Notes under the pieces: generated by a model
Database searches by the model: none
Told to the model about the DNA's origin: nothing
What the model saw: the letters and a program-made list of their open reading frames with translations, nothing else
Shown: in pieces, positions 12,031 through 24,764 of the stretch
Layout of the letters: the number at the start of each line of letters is the position of its first letter
How positions within the stretch are numbered: the first letter of the stretch is position 1
Assembly: GCA_049999805.1 (NCBI GenBank)
Contig: JBNGIO010006380.1
Location: forward strand, 413,578 to 452,813
DNA length: 39,236 nucleotides
From: Folioceros fuciformis
Taxonomy: Eukaryota
Direction: 5' to 3'
Position numbers and translations under genes: made by a program

Positions 12031-14712
12031 ATGCTAACAACGTAGCCCTCGTGCCACGACCTGCAGAGCTTGTCGTGCGTGTCATTTTCCCAGAGCAGTG
12101 CCAGGAAGATGGGCACTGTGTGGAAACCAGATCTGTTGTGGACTCATCAAAGTGGCGGGTGTGCAGGGATTCTACCAGAGGCTCCAGTGCAGCTCACCTC
12201 GGGGAATCAGTCGATAGCAATCAGCCAAGCCTCCAGGTGCACCAGTGTAAGAAACCCAGCCCCTTCAATTCCTAGAAAACCTGTGCCTGGGGAAGGATTA
12301 TACACCGAAGGTCGTCGCCAAGAGCAAGAGGTATTGTGGCAACAATTTTTCTTGGATCCTACCATGTGGTGGAATAATAGGCGGGATAAGAAGGGCTCCC
12401 GTTCGCCTGACTTCCGCCATAAGGGATCCGGCGTGGTCCTCTGGTTAAACAATGTATCCAAGCCCATTTGGGTGGATGAGCGGCTCGTTTCTTTAGATAT
12501 GCAGGTGTGTCATGGTGTCTCTCCTTCCAAGTCCAGCTTTCTGGATAGGCCTGAGTTTTACAGTGCTGCAGAATCGGGAATGGGCACAGCGGTTGTAACT
12601 GTGAGCACCTTATGTCAGCAGGGGAAGCTTACGGAGGCCGTTGAAGCCCTGGAATCTCTGGCCCAGACTGACTATCCGGTTTCTCAGTCCCGATAGTATG
12701 GTGTACTGAAGCTGTGTGCAGCTAAGAGGGATCTGGTAGTGGGGCGACGAGTGCATGATCTCATTGTCAAGCTTGGGTACGAGTCGAATACATATTTCGG
12801 GAACCATTTGTTGCGCATGTATGCATGTGGGGGTAGGCTACAGGAGGCCATGGATGTGTTCACCAGGGTGGGCAAACCAGATACCTTCATGTGGGTTTCC
12901 ATGATCTCTGCATATGCCAAGCATGGCAAACCTAGGGAGGCCATACAACTGTACCATGAGATGCGTAAGTCAGGTGTGAAAGCGAATTCTCACGTCTTTG
13001 TAGCTGCCCTTCAAGCCTGTGCGTTTGCCACCGACTTGGAAGCTGGCAAAAGTGTGCACTCGGAAGTGTTGCAAAGCGGCATTCCTCCTGATTTGTTTGT
13101 CGGCACGTGCCTCGTGGACATGTATGTGAAATGCGGGCATCTGGAAGGTGCACGCACCGCCTTTTATAGCATGGCCACAAAAAATGTGGTGACATGGTAT
13201 GCCCTGATTGCGGGGTACACAAATCATGGTCTCGGTCAGTAAGCGCTTGTTCTTTATGGACAAATGGAGCAGGAGGGACAAAGTTGTGGCAGAACATGTT
13301 ACTTTTGCTTGCCTTCTCAAGGCCTGTGCAAGTGCAGGTGCTTTACAGAAGGGTAGGCAGCTGCACTCACAGATTGTGGAAAGGGGACAGTTAACATACT
13401 GGTGGGCACTTGTCTAGTGGATATGTGTGCAAAGTGTGGTGAAATGGACGATGCTCGCCAGGTTTTTGACAACTTGGCGACTAAAAATGTGGTGACATGG
13501 ACAGCCCTGATTGTTGAGTATGCAAATCATGGACTTGGCCAAGAGGCTCTTGTCCTGTATGGTCAGATGGAGGAGGAGGGTCTGATTGTGGTTGACCAGG
13601 TTACTTTGTCTTGCCTTTTAAACGCCTGCGCAAGCGCTGGAGCCCTGCAGAAGGGGAGGCAGCTGAGCTCACAGATTGTGGAAAGTGGACAGCTTGATGA
13701 CGTAGTATTGGGTAACAGCCTGGTGGACATGTACGCAAAGTGTGGAGAACTGCAAGAGGCACGCAAGGTCTTCGATAACTTGACCACAAAAAACGTGGTG
13801 ACATGGAATGCCATGATAGCTGGGTTTGGTACCTGTGATGAAGGTCACAAAGCGGTAGCTTGTTTTGAGGAGATGTTGGCCGCCGGTCTTCAGCCTAGCG
13901 ATGCTACGTTTACTTGCCTTTTAGCTGCGTGCAGTCACGGGGGTCTGGTGAATGAGGGTCGAAAGCACTTCGATTCCATAGTTGAACAGCATGGTATGAA
14001 ACGCACCGTTGAGCACTACATTTGCATGATTGATCTTCTTGGGCGGGCAGGTTATCTAGAAGAGGCAGAGAGCATGCTACTAACATGCGAGAGCAGCCAA
14101 AGCAATGTTGTTGGGTTGACATCTCTGCTGAATGCCTGCAAAAGGCACGGGGATATAGAGATGGCAACACGGTGTTTTGAAAGCCTTGTTAGACTGGAGC
14201 CTCATCAGGCACCTGCTTAAGTGCTCATGGGCAATGTGTATGCCGAGGCCGGTAGGTGGACCGACGCAGAGAGGATTGAGCGACAGAGAATGGTAGCAGG
14301 AGCTAGCAAGAAACCTGCAGTGGCGGGCATTGAGGTGAAGAAACAGGTACATACATTTGTGGTGGGCGAAAAGAGAGCTGATATTACGCTCACGGTGGAG
14401 AGCATGAATCCACGTTTGAAGGAGGAAGGAGGCCACTTGCCGCGCACAAAGTTGGTGTTAAAGTCCATGTCTGAGAAGGAGAAGGAGGATGCGCTTTGTG
14501 GGCATGCTGAGAAGCTAGCTCTGACGTATGGTCTTTTGAATACCCCGAGTGGCACTCCTCTGTTTGTAACCAAGAATCTACGCATGTGCAGTGATTGCCA
14601 CAGTTCCACCGAGATCATGTCAAGAGTTGAACAGAGAGACATTGTTGTACGGGATGGGTACCGCGTACATCGATTTGCAAGGAGTTCTTGCAGTTGCAGG
14701 GGTCGACCGTGA
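12031..14712 (+). pseudogene. Intronless PLS-class PPR gene: PDF motif + about 15 PPR motifs ((PLS)x4, P2-L2-S2) + E1-E2 + DYW:KP domain ending in GRP; disrupted by stops and frameshifts
   Basis: ORFs 12070-12696, 12739-13242, 13208-13417, 13402-14220 and 14221-14712 join into one PPR array. In-frame stops at 12043, 12694, 13240 and 14218; frameshifts near 13280 and 13395. C-terminus KKPAVAGIEV...CGHAEKLA...KNLRMCSDCH...HRFARSSCSCRGRP*. Start at ATG 12031 is tentative. Confidence 0.93.
12334..12486 (+). other. OSB-type PDF motif coding segment at the N-terminus of the PPR gene
   Basis: LWQQFFLDPTMWWNNRRDKKGSRSPDFRHKGSGVVLWLNNVSKPIWVDERL matches the remembered consensus of the organellar ssDNA-binding (OSB) PDF repeat: W..FF..P..WWDNR..K....PDFKHK.TG..LW......WV...L. 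Confidence 0.88.
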
Positions 14713-15923
14713 GAATGAGGATCAACTTGCCAGTGTCCAACAAGAGAGCCCCTGGATTCCGGGGGAAGAAACAACAGCCTCCTCAGTAGGATGTGAGAGC
14801 CGAAAGTGGTCTGTACGAGGCATGTAATATGAACTTTAGTCCATTGGAAAAGAACATGTTGGAACCATCGTCCTTGTGATGCTCTACGTATGATCGGCAT
14901 GTTTCTGGAGTAATTCTGGTTCGTCTTCCAAGTGACTTGACACAAGCTGTGACGCTGAGCTCCAGACTCAAAACACAGAGCTCCAAAAACTGAGCACGTC
15001 CAGACCTTGGCAGGGCTCTCTTCTGAGGTTCTCTTCGTTCCAGTTCTTCTTCTTCGAAGAGCTCGGTCTGACTGAAGCAGCCCTTTCAGCTGGAGGTGTG
15101 TGCCACGATTTCCTAACTTCATTAAATCCACGTCCATTTACTCACCTAAAGATGAGGCCGATTACCGTATCTATCGTGAGACTGTAAGCTGTCCCCGTAC
15201 GCGTGTGGCTGTCCTGATCCTCATTCATATTTTCGGTGTCTCTGAGTAATCCAAGGCAGTGCGCTGTACGGCCAATTTCTGTGTTGGCGGTTGTCGATTG
15301 TGGGTTAGGCTGATGGAGTGCAGGATTCACAGCTGCATTCTGGATCTGGGCACTTGGGATCAGGGCTCTAAGAAGGGACTGGTATAGACGACCGAGTCCT
15401 GTGATTGCTGTGCGGATGTCGTGTCGGGTCGATTTACTCGAGGAAGACCATTGGTGCATTTGTGGACTGCTTCTGCACTGCTGCAGGAGGCGTGTTACGG
15501 TGTTTGTAGCCGACCTGTGGGTGGTTTGGAGCCGGAATTTGGAGCTTCGTTGGTGGAGGAGTCCTTCGAGGAAACACATCATGCCAACTCTTAAGCAGAA
15601 AGTGGAGTGATGTGGTGTGACGCTACACGCTGCACTGGAATCCGTCCTAAGACAGCCTTTCTTTACGTTGTTGAGGAAAGAGGTAGCAGTGAGGTGATTT
15701 TACTGGTGCTGTACTGATGCCAAAAACGTCGCAGATGTTGTTGAAACTTCTGATTGGAAGAAGCTTGGAAGTTCAGGTGCTTGATGTGGCTGACAAACGA
15801 GATGCACAGATGGATGGAATCTCTGTGGGAATCCACAACGTCGTCCAAGTGATTCTGCCTGCTGTGGATCGGAGAAACGGTGGATGCCACGTGAGCAAGG
15901 TGTCTGCCGACCTTTTACTGGTC

Positions 15924-18432
15924 ATGCAACCTCTCAGATGCCTGAGCTCTCTCTCGTGGTCACTTTCGAGCGAGGCACTTAATTGGCACAGAGTAGCTGG
16001 TAGGAGTTGTGTTCATCGTGAAAGTGTGACTGTTTTGGACTCTTCGAGGGATGCACCTGCGTTTTCTTTGGGAGGGTGCTGGAGGAGGTTCAGAGAATTA
16101 GGTTACATGGATGTTCTGACGAGTACCATAAGCTTCGACAATAGTGCCTTCGGAGTGTTCGGACTTTCCACCTCCCTGAGGAGACAGGCGAAATGTAGAG
16201 ATGTCAATTACGCCACTCTGCAATTTGAGCTTGTGAACCAGGAAGATGATGGCCTCGCACATGAAGGCAGGGTGGAGGATTCTGAGGTTGTCCAACCTAC
16301 TTCGGACAATCTTTCCAAAACAGTCGTGCAGGCAGGCGAACCCGGCATCCAATCTGGAATTGGTGTCAATGGTACTGGTGAATCTGATTTTGGGAGTGAG
16401 ATCTTTGTCTGCGGTAAGGATCAGGATCATAGCCTAGTGCGGGCTGCGGCTTTTTCAACTGGTTCTGAAGCCTGTGCATCCAAGACCCATGGTGCCTCAT
16501 GCCAGGAAAAAAAGGCCCCTCCTCCTGAGAGTTGGTGGAGTATTGGGGATTCCATTTCGGAGACATTACATCTACCCAACGGCTTCGATCAACAAGTAGA
16601 GGTACTTTGACTGATGAAGCTCTGTTGTTTGCTTAGAACACTGTTTGGAGGTTCCGCAGTCGCATTTACTGTGTCAATTGGCAGAAGTTATTTAATGCGC
16701 TCAAATGCCGACTGGACTCTAGAGAACTTCTGTTGCGAGTTCTGGTGGGTTTTGTTTTTTCAAAGTCATGTTCAGTATTTTGACGCAAGTTGGCATACGC
16801 ACCCGTTGTCTGCACCGTAGGCTGGCTATGTATCTCGTGGCAACAACAGAATCGCAGTAGATGATCTGGCTCCTTTGAGAGCCTGTCTTGTGAAAAGCGC
16901 TGCGAGATTTCATGGCCAATCAGGAACTGAAGTCCTACCTCAATTAGGTGCACAGGAGCTATTACGAAGCCAACATGCCAGTTGCAATCCGGGATCAGAA
17001 AAAGACAACACACTGCAGAGGTTCAGCCCCTGCTGTCAATCCAGATGGAACGACGGAGGCTATCTCCGCAGTTACTTTCTCAGAGTGTCACTTCCAGGTA
17101 CGTAGTCCTCTGTTTTCGTATGAAGGGTGTGGTGAATAGGAGGAATTGTTCAGATGGGTGTCTTACAGAGAACCGTGCAGGCACGACAGAATCTGGCTCT
17201 GCTTGGCGATGGTTTGCTCAGTTTCATCACCATTGAGAGTTTGATTCATGAACGGGCCTTCCAAGCAAGTGTGAGCCTTGAAAAAACGTTTCCAATCTTG
17301 AAACAAGCTCCTCCTTGTAGCTACTGTTCTGTCAGTTAACACATTGCAAGGTTTCTGTCACTGCGACTTCGTAAGAGCTGCATCTAACGCCATGTTTCAG
17401 GGCGGCGAGATCACCCAACGTAGGTCTCAGCTAGTAAGCAGCTTCTTCGTCGTGCTGTGTATTTCACTAGTCTGTGTTTTTCGAAGCTGGGTGCCATTTT
17501 GTTGATGCGGCCAGCTAATCAGCAATATGTTGGCAGGTGTGTAACAACAATCTGGGACGAGTTTGGTCATCTTTGGGCCTTGACGATTTGCCCTTGGCGC
17601 ATCTATCTGTCGCTGAAAGAAACGGCTCGAAAACTCAGGTTCCTTCCCATCTTAATGTCTCTTTGCTTCCATCTCTGTTGATTTTATACCGAGTGGAATG
17701 CATGACAACTGACCACTAGATCCACAGGTGCACCTTTATTCTGATACATTTGAAGCGCTTCTTGGGGCTTTGAATGAAGAGAAGGTATGTTCTCCTGCTG
17801 TCAGCATGAATTGTCTGAACTCTGAGGTCACGTTAGTTCAAGGTCTGTCAATTCTGTGCACATATCCAACCTGTCCTGGAATCCTGAGCCATATAGTGTG
17901 GGGTTTTTTGTTTCTTTTTTGTCAGGGTTGCAAGTGGGTTGCAGACTTCGTAAAACAACAAGTCTTACCACTTCTGTGGGGTGTAGACAAGGTGAGGCCG
18001 GGCTGTGCTGGACGTAGAAATCACGCGCTTTGTAACTTCTCGTTGAGATGACAACCTTGCAATTCGTTGAATCTTATAGGGGTTGCTTGTGTACCACTTC
18101 AGGTACCAAGCCCCATTGCCTCGCTCCAAGAGCTTACAATGGTTTCCCTTCACGTCACACCAACCTACAAGTCAGTCCCTCATTACCTGGTCTTTGTTTC
18201 CTGTCGAGTATCGCAGTATCCTTACTTTCATGCCAACAGGTTGATTGGTATCGACAACAAGGACACGCTGCTGCAAGTATTTCGAGTCCGAGTGTATGTG
18301 AAAGGTGTTCGAATGGCCACAGGGTTGGGCTCATCACACAAGCTCGCCAAACAGGATGCAGCTAGGAAAGCAGTGCTGAAGTGGCCAGAGCGGATTGACT
18401 TACTGTCAAAGCTTCCAGGACATAATACATGA
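15924..18432 (+). CDS. RNase III-family protein (one RNase III domain + C-terminal dsRBD) with long N-terminal extension, probably organelle-targeted; 10 exons ~15924-16601, 16685-16744, 16948-17097, 17181-~17270, 17401-17433, 17537-17638, 17728-17784, 17926-17991, 18103-18170, 18240-18432
   Basis: Spliced: KLFNALKCRLDSRELLLRVL|VHRSYY...|ARQNLALLGDGLLSFITIESLIHE...|GGEITQRRSQL|VCNNNLGRVWSSLGL...|VHLYSDTFEALLGAL...|GCKWVADFVKQQVLP...|VPSPIASLQELTM...PTYK...VFRVRVYVKGVRMATGLGSSHKLAKQDAARKAV. GT-AG junctions are in phase. The start codon and exon 4 edges are less certain. Confidence 0.88.
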
Positions 18433-18734
18433 TTTAAATCTCTGCAATGCATGGAACAAAAACCAGTACTGCGAAGCATGCAGGAAATGGCCAACCCTCG
18501 CCTTGCTAAAGCTTTTGGCAAGACTTCACATCTAAGCAGCTGGCTTGGAGGTGCAGGGAAGTCTAGACCTTTCCAGCAAATGTAAAGAGCAGTGCCGTGG
18601 AATCTTCCCATGACACCAAGTCCGTGGTCGAAGAGGTCGCCACTGTCGCAGCTGAGAGAAACAGCAAGAAAAGACGGCAAGATGGGCCGGGGCAAGGATA
18701 TGAACGCCCTGGTTATGGGGATAATGAGACATAG

Positions 18735-20153
<1,419 letters not shown>

Positions 20154-21651
20154 ATTATCGTTTGCCGAGCCTTCCAATGGGTCTAGAAATGTTGTGAAAC
20201 GTGGTTGGCATTTGCCGCAGAGTGACCGAATGGTCTGAGTCCAGTCGTGACAACTCTGGAATGTACAGATCTTGATTTATGTGAATTCTTTCAGCAGTTG
20301 TAATTCGAAAAGATTGGCAGTCGCTATTGTGTGCACTCGTTTTCTGAATGTCGAGGACCTTGATGAGACGACGTTGGGTCAAGGTTTTGAAGTTCAAGGA
20401 CTGTCCCATGGTAGTGACATGTTCTCAAATGCACACAACCGAGTGTATGAAGGTGCGAGGAATAATAATCAGACAACTGTGAACTCAACAATCGTATGCT
20501 TGAAATGTGTGGTGATGCAAAACATCTTGTCCACACGTACCCTGACCAGTCGGATTGATCATGTACATAATCCGAAGCGGAGGAGGGAAGAAGGTTGACG
20601 GCTCTCGAAGCTCTCAACAGCTATTTGGTGTGAAGCTTCATGTCGTCCGAGAACAGTTCATTTCGATATTTCCCATACTCTAAATCATCGGACCCTTTGG
20701 TAGGAGCATGTATTGATAATGTGATGGTGAGCTGTCAATCTCATCCAGCCACTGACGATGGCCAGCACTACAAAATTAGACATGAAGGATCTTGCCTCTT
20801 CCCCCCTCTTGAAGCTGAAGGTGCTGTAGCTGGCGTCAGTGAACGCTCAGACCTGACAAAACAATGGAATTCCAGAGAACGGCCAGGATCCTCTACTGTA
20901 CGTTGTTTAGGGAGGCTAGCCTCCTTACGTCATCTAGCCCCAATGAGTCCAAATGGTGTGTACAGTGGTGGTGCAGGCCCATAGGACACGGCACCACTGT
21001 GCATAGCAGGCAGGAGATCCCTTCACTCGGAGACTATATAGGGCCTTATTGGGTTAGGAAACCGTGTGATGTGAGGATAGGAATTCAGGCTACTGACCAC
21101 CGATAGAGCACAACCCATTGGTAGATCACGAATCTCGCCCCCAGGGCTTCCCTTTCCATCGTTGATTCTCGGTGCAATGATTCTCATGCTGAATAAAATA
21201 ATTCCCTTGGCTTGACCATTGGTCACTCAGTCGGACAGGACAAAACTCCTTGCCCTAAAGGACAATCAGTGAACATGCTTTCGCTCTTGTGAGAGACGAA
21301 GGTGATCCGTGCAGGACGGGCATTCCGTCATGAAAGATCTTGCAAATGCCAGATAAATAGATCAACCAAACATGACAGGTGCTCTTGGAAAAAGCGCTTA
21401 GGATCAGAGCCATCTTGGCTCGCGGATGGAAACGGAAATGCTTCAAAGACGTTGCCAGAAGGGATGACAAATTCTTATCCTGCATATACTTAACCCAGAA
21501 TCATAACAGAAACTCGACAATCGACTTCAAATTAGGGTCTTCAGAATGTGAGTGTAGCTACACTTTCTGGATATGCGACCGTACTACTTAGTCCCTGAGT
21601 GCAGAACCATATTAGGGGTTCGACATTGTTTGACACCTCCTGACAGCCGCC

Positions 21652-23841
21652 ATGTCGGGCATGGGCGATGGTTACGTGGGCACTGCGCAAGACGCTGCCC
21701 GCATCCGTCGCTTGGAGAAGCAGCGTGAAGTTGAGCGCAAGCGGATTCAGGAATTGAAGAAAAAATCGGCGGAGGGCCCGGGTGGTCTGCTTCAGTTTGG
21801 TTCGGGCACCTCGGAGGTGAGCTTGTGATATTTTTCAGAGGCACCAGACTAGGCCGTGTGAGCTTAGGTTTGAGCACTGGTTTTGCTCGTTGCAGCTTCT
21901 GGAGAGTGCGTTCAAGAAAGAGACAGTTGGTCTTGTGACTAGGGAGCAATTTGTAGAGAAGGTACTTCCGCAACCCAGTCTCTTCATACGCAGTTACTTG
22001 TAGGCACGGGTGTCAGGTTTCTAATCTGGTCCCCGGACAGAGGGTTAATCTTCGGAGTAAGATTGAGGAGGAGGAGAAAGAGAAGCAACAAAAACTCGCG
22101 CAGGAGTATGTGACACTTTCCTTTCGTGCATCCGTTTTCGACCATGTATGAAAAGTGCTGCTCTTTACGCATTGGGGGATCACCGTGGTAGTGAAAGTGC
22201 AGGGAAGAAGAACGCCATTTACAGAAGCGGAAGAAACGAAGGGCTAAAGTTCCATCTCGGTTGTCCTTCGCTGAAGAACTGGATGGAGACACCGATGAGG
22301 ATGAGAACGGTGCAAATGGTGTGTTCAAATTTTTGAAGGGTTTTGTCTGGTTTTATTCCCCTTCTTCGTCCTTGCCAGGGGTAGTGGTGGAGCATCTCTG
22401 TTTTGTCGCACATGGGGCAACTCACTTCTGCTGGCCTGTCGTGTGTTTTGCCCTGTATGTTGTCTAGAGGCGTCTAACCAGAATGTGGCACTGTAGAGGA
22501 CAAAACGAAGAAACAAAAGCTAGGAAAGTTTGGGAAAGATCCAGCTGTAGAGACTGGTTTTCTTCCAGACAGGTGAGGTTCCATAGGCTAAATGTTTGAT
22601 AATGTCTTGGCAGTCTTTCTGGTGTGCCGGTGAAGTTTGGCAGAGCTTTTCGAGTTGTTTTATCTTAATTTTGCATTGTAAGGGAGAGGAGGTGGGTGCT
22701 CCAGAGAGCGGGAGGCTGAAGAGCAGGCAGAAAGGGAAAGGCTTCGCAAGCAATGGAACAACGAGCAGGAGCGTATAAAGAGTAAGTGTTGTTGGAATTC
22801 CAAACTTAAGGTTTCTGGAATCACTGAATTGATGTCATACCTATGACTTCTATGACTTGGCACCATTGCATATTGCGTTTGGGTTTCCACCTTACAGTTT
22901 CACTGTTCACTGTAGATGAACCCTTGGAAATCACATATAGCTACTGGGATGGTGCTGGGCACCGAAGAGTCATCCAGGTCTTGATGCTGGCTGGTTTTTT
23001 AAACTTGTACCATGTCAAGGAAGAAGAATCCTTGATGGATCTGCGGTGCCTGATGCAGGTTCGGAAAGGAGACTCTATCGCGGATTTTTTGCGGGCTGTT
23101 CAGCAGCAGTTGGCATCAGAGTTCAGAGAAATTCGGACAGCATCTGTTGAAAACCTCCTGTATGTCAAAGAGGATCTGATAATCCCGCACGTAAGTGCCC
23201 CTCAAACTTAGTGAGATTGTCCTTGCAGAAGCATTTCACACCTACTTAAGCTGTCAAAGTGGGTGTTTGATTTGCGAAATGATAATTGATAACCTTGGAT
23301 GATTTCAGCAACATAGTTTCTACGAGCTCATCATCAACAAAGCCAGGGGTAAAAGAAAAAAAAAAAAAAAAAAAAACGGACCTACTTTCGGTTTTGTTTC
23401 AGATGCATGCCAGGCTCTGATGTTTTATCCGTTCTCAACAGCTTTTCCACTTCGACGTCCACGAAGATATCAGAACTATAGCAGATGCAACCATTGAGAA
23501 GGATGAAGTACGTGGTGAACGATTTCGTCTTAAGCTGAAGCACTTTGCGTTCAGCCACAGTAGAAGCAGCCTGTTCCTGATTTTCTGGTTCTGGTCCCTT
23601 CGATTTTCAGTCTCATGCAGGAAAGGTGGTGGAGCGACACTGGTATGAAAAGAACAAGCACATATTTCCAGCATCCAGATGGGAGGTGAGTGCTCTTGTT
23701 CCTTTCCCGTGGAACGCCTATGTGTGCCAAGATCAGCCTTCTCTGAGCCATGTGGTAGCCTTTAACTTACTCATGCCCCCTTCACCTCAGATTTACGATC
23801 CTACCAAAAAATGGGAGCGATATACGATTCATGGTGACTGA
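21652..23841 (+). CDS. XCT: XAP5 CIRCADIAN TIMEKEEPER / FAM50 family protein, 12 exons; lesion in exon 9 (see findings)
   Basis: [26 protein letters not shown]..., [139 protein letters not shown] are XAP5/FAM50 hallmarks with in-phase GT-AG introns. Confidence 0.95.
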
Positions 23842-24239
23842 ATCAGCCGTGAGGTACCCGATACTGGAGCGCTGATTGTTAGGACTCCATATCTCAATCT
23901 GTCTCCTCTCATGAAACGGGGTTGGAGCACCCATCTTGGGACGAATTTCGGAATAGAGCGTAACAGTAAGGAGGCTGTACGAGTGTGCATTATCACGCTT
24001 GTCGAACTCTAGAGCCATGATGTTGTCACAGGCTCGTGGAAGCTCGAATTATCTCTGGAGTTGAACCACTACCCGCTCGTAACGAACTCACGTGGACGCA
24101 GAGTCCTCTCCTGGATTTATGATATGAAGTTACGTTGTAGTCTGCAAAATGGATGAAATTCAATTTGTTCATAATCGCCACATGTCGGGTAGCGCAATCC
24201 GTTGCGGGTCCGCAACTGTCCTTAAATACACCGAGTGAG

Positions 24240-24303
24240 AAAATGGTTGAACAATCGGCCGAGGAAATCGTCCATGAAATGGTTGAACAATCGGCCGAGG
24301 AAA
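24240..24303. repeat. Direct duplication of AAATGGTTGAACAATCGGCCGAGGAAA (36-bp period) between convergent genes
   Basis: Two exact 27-bp copies at ~24241 and ~24277. Confidence 0.85.
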
Positions 24304-24764
24304 GCCTCACATCGGGAAAGTGACCCACGCGCATCTGCATTAGTAGCGGAATTTGGCAAGCCAATCGGGTCGCTACTGTGGCTGACGAGGAAAGTAGCAG
24401 GCTGCAAATACATCATACATAGGGATTATGGAGCCAATTCCAGACTCCAACCGGTTGTTACTACCAATCAGCTACGACGCTGCCTCCACCCGATCACCGC
24501 CTGCGCCTGTGTACATAGCACTTGCCCAGCCAACTTTGGTTGTCTTCTACTTGTTCTACAAAGGCGCTCGGGACGTACGTCTTCCAGAAGAAGCGCACCG
24601 CCTCCATAAAAGGGGTCCGCAAATCTCAAAATTTCTCAAGCCTCTGGGTGGGGATCGCTGTTTATCCAGTTCCACCGGCTTCCTGACGGGGTAGGCTGCT
24701 AGCAAATCGCTGGAGGGCTTTTACACTGGTGCCGGGTGAGCCTGTGCTGACGAGTGGCCCATCA

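Noticed and set aside
12043-14220. Idea that the PPR gene's TAG/TAA stops are repaired by U-to-C editing of its own mRNA
   Set aside because: The expected residues at two stops are Glu and Tyr, not Gln. Two frameshifts are also present, and this editing is known from organelles, not nuclear transcripts.
14217-15582. Minus-strand ORFs of 306 aa and 146 aa
   Set aside because: The first is largely antisense to the DYW region. Neither shows a domain or convincing exon structure.
16821-17105. Alternative RNase III exon in the frame AGYVSRGNNRIAV...
   Set aside because: Out of phase with the signature exon. The 16685-16744 plus 16948 model restores the LLxxxLxHRSY motif.
7580-18432. Functional cluster of organellar RNA genes (rpl17, PPR, RNase III)
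   Set aside because: PPR and other organelle-targeted genes are abundant in such genomes, so adjacency without synteny or co-expression data is not evidence.
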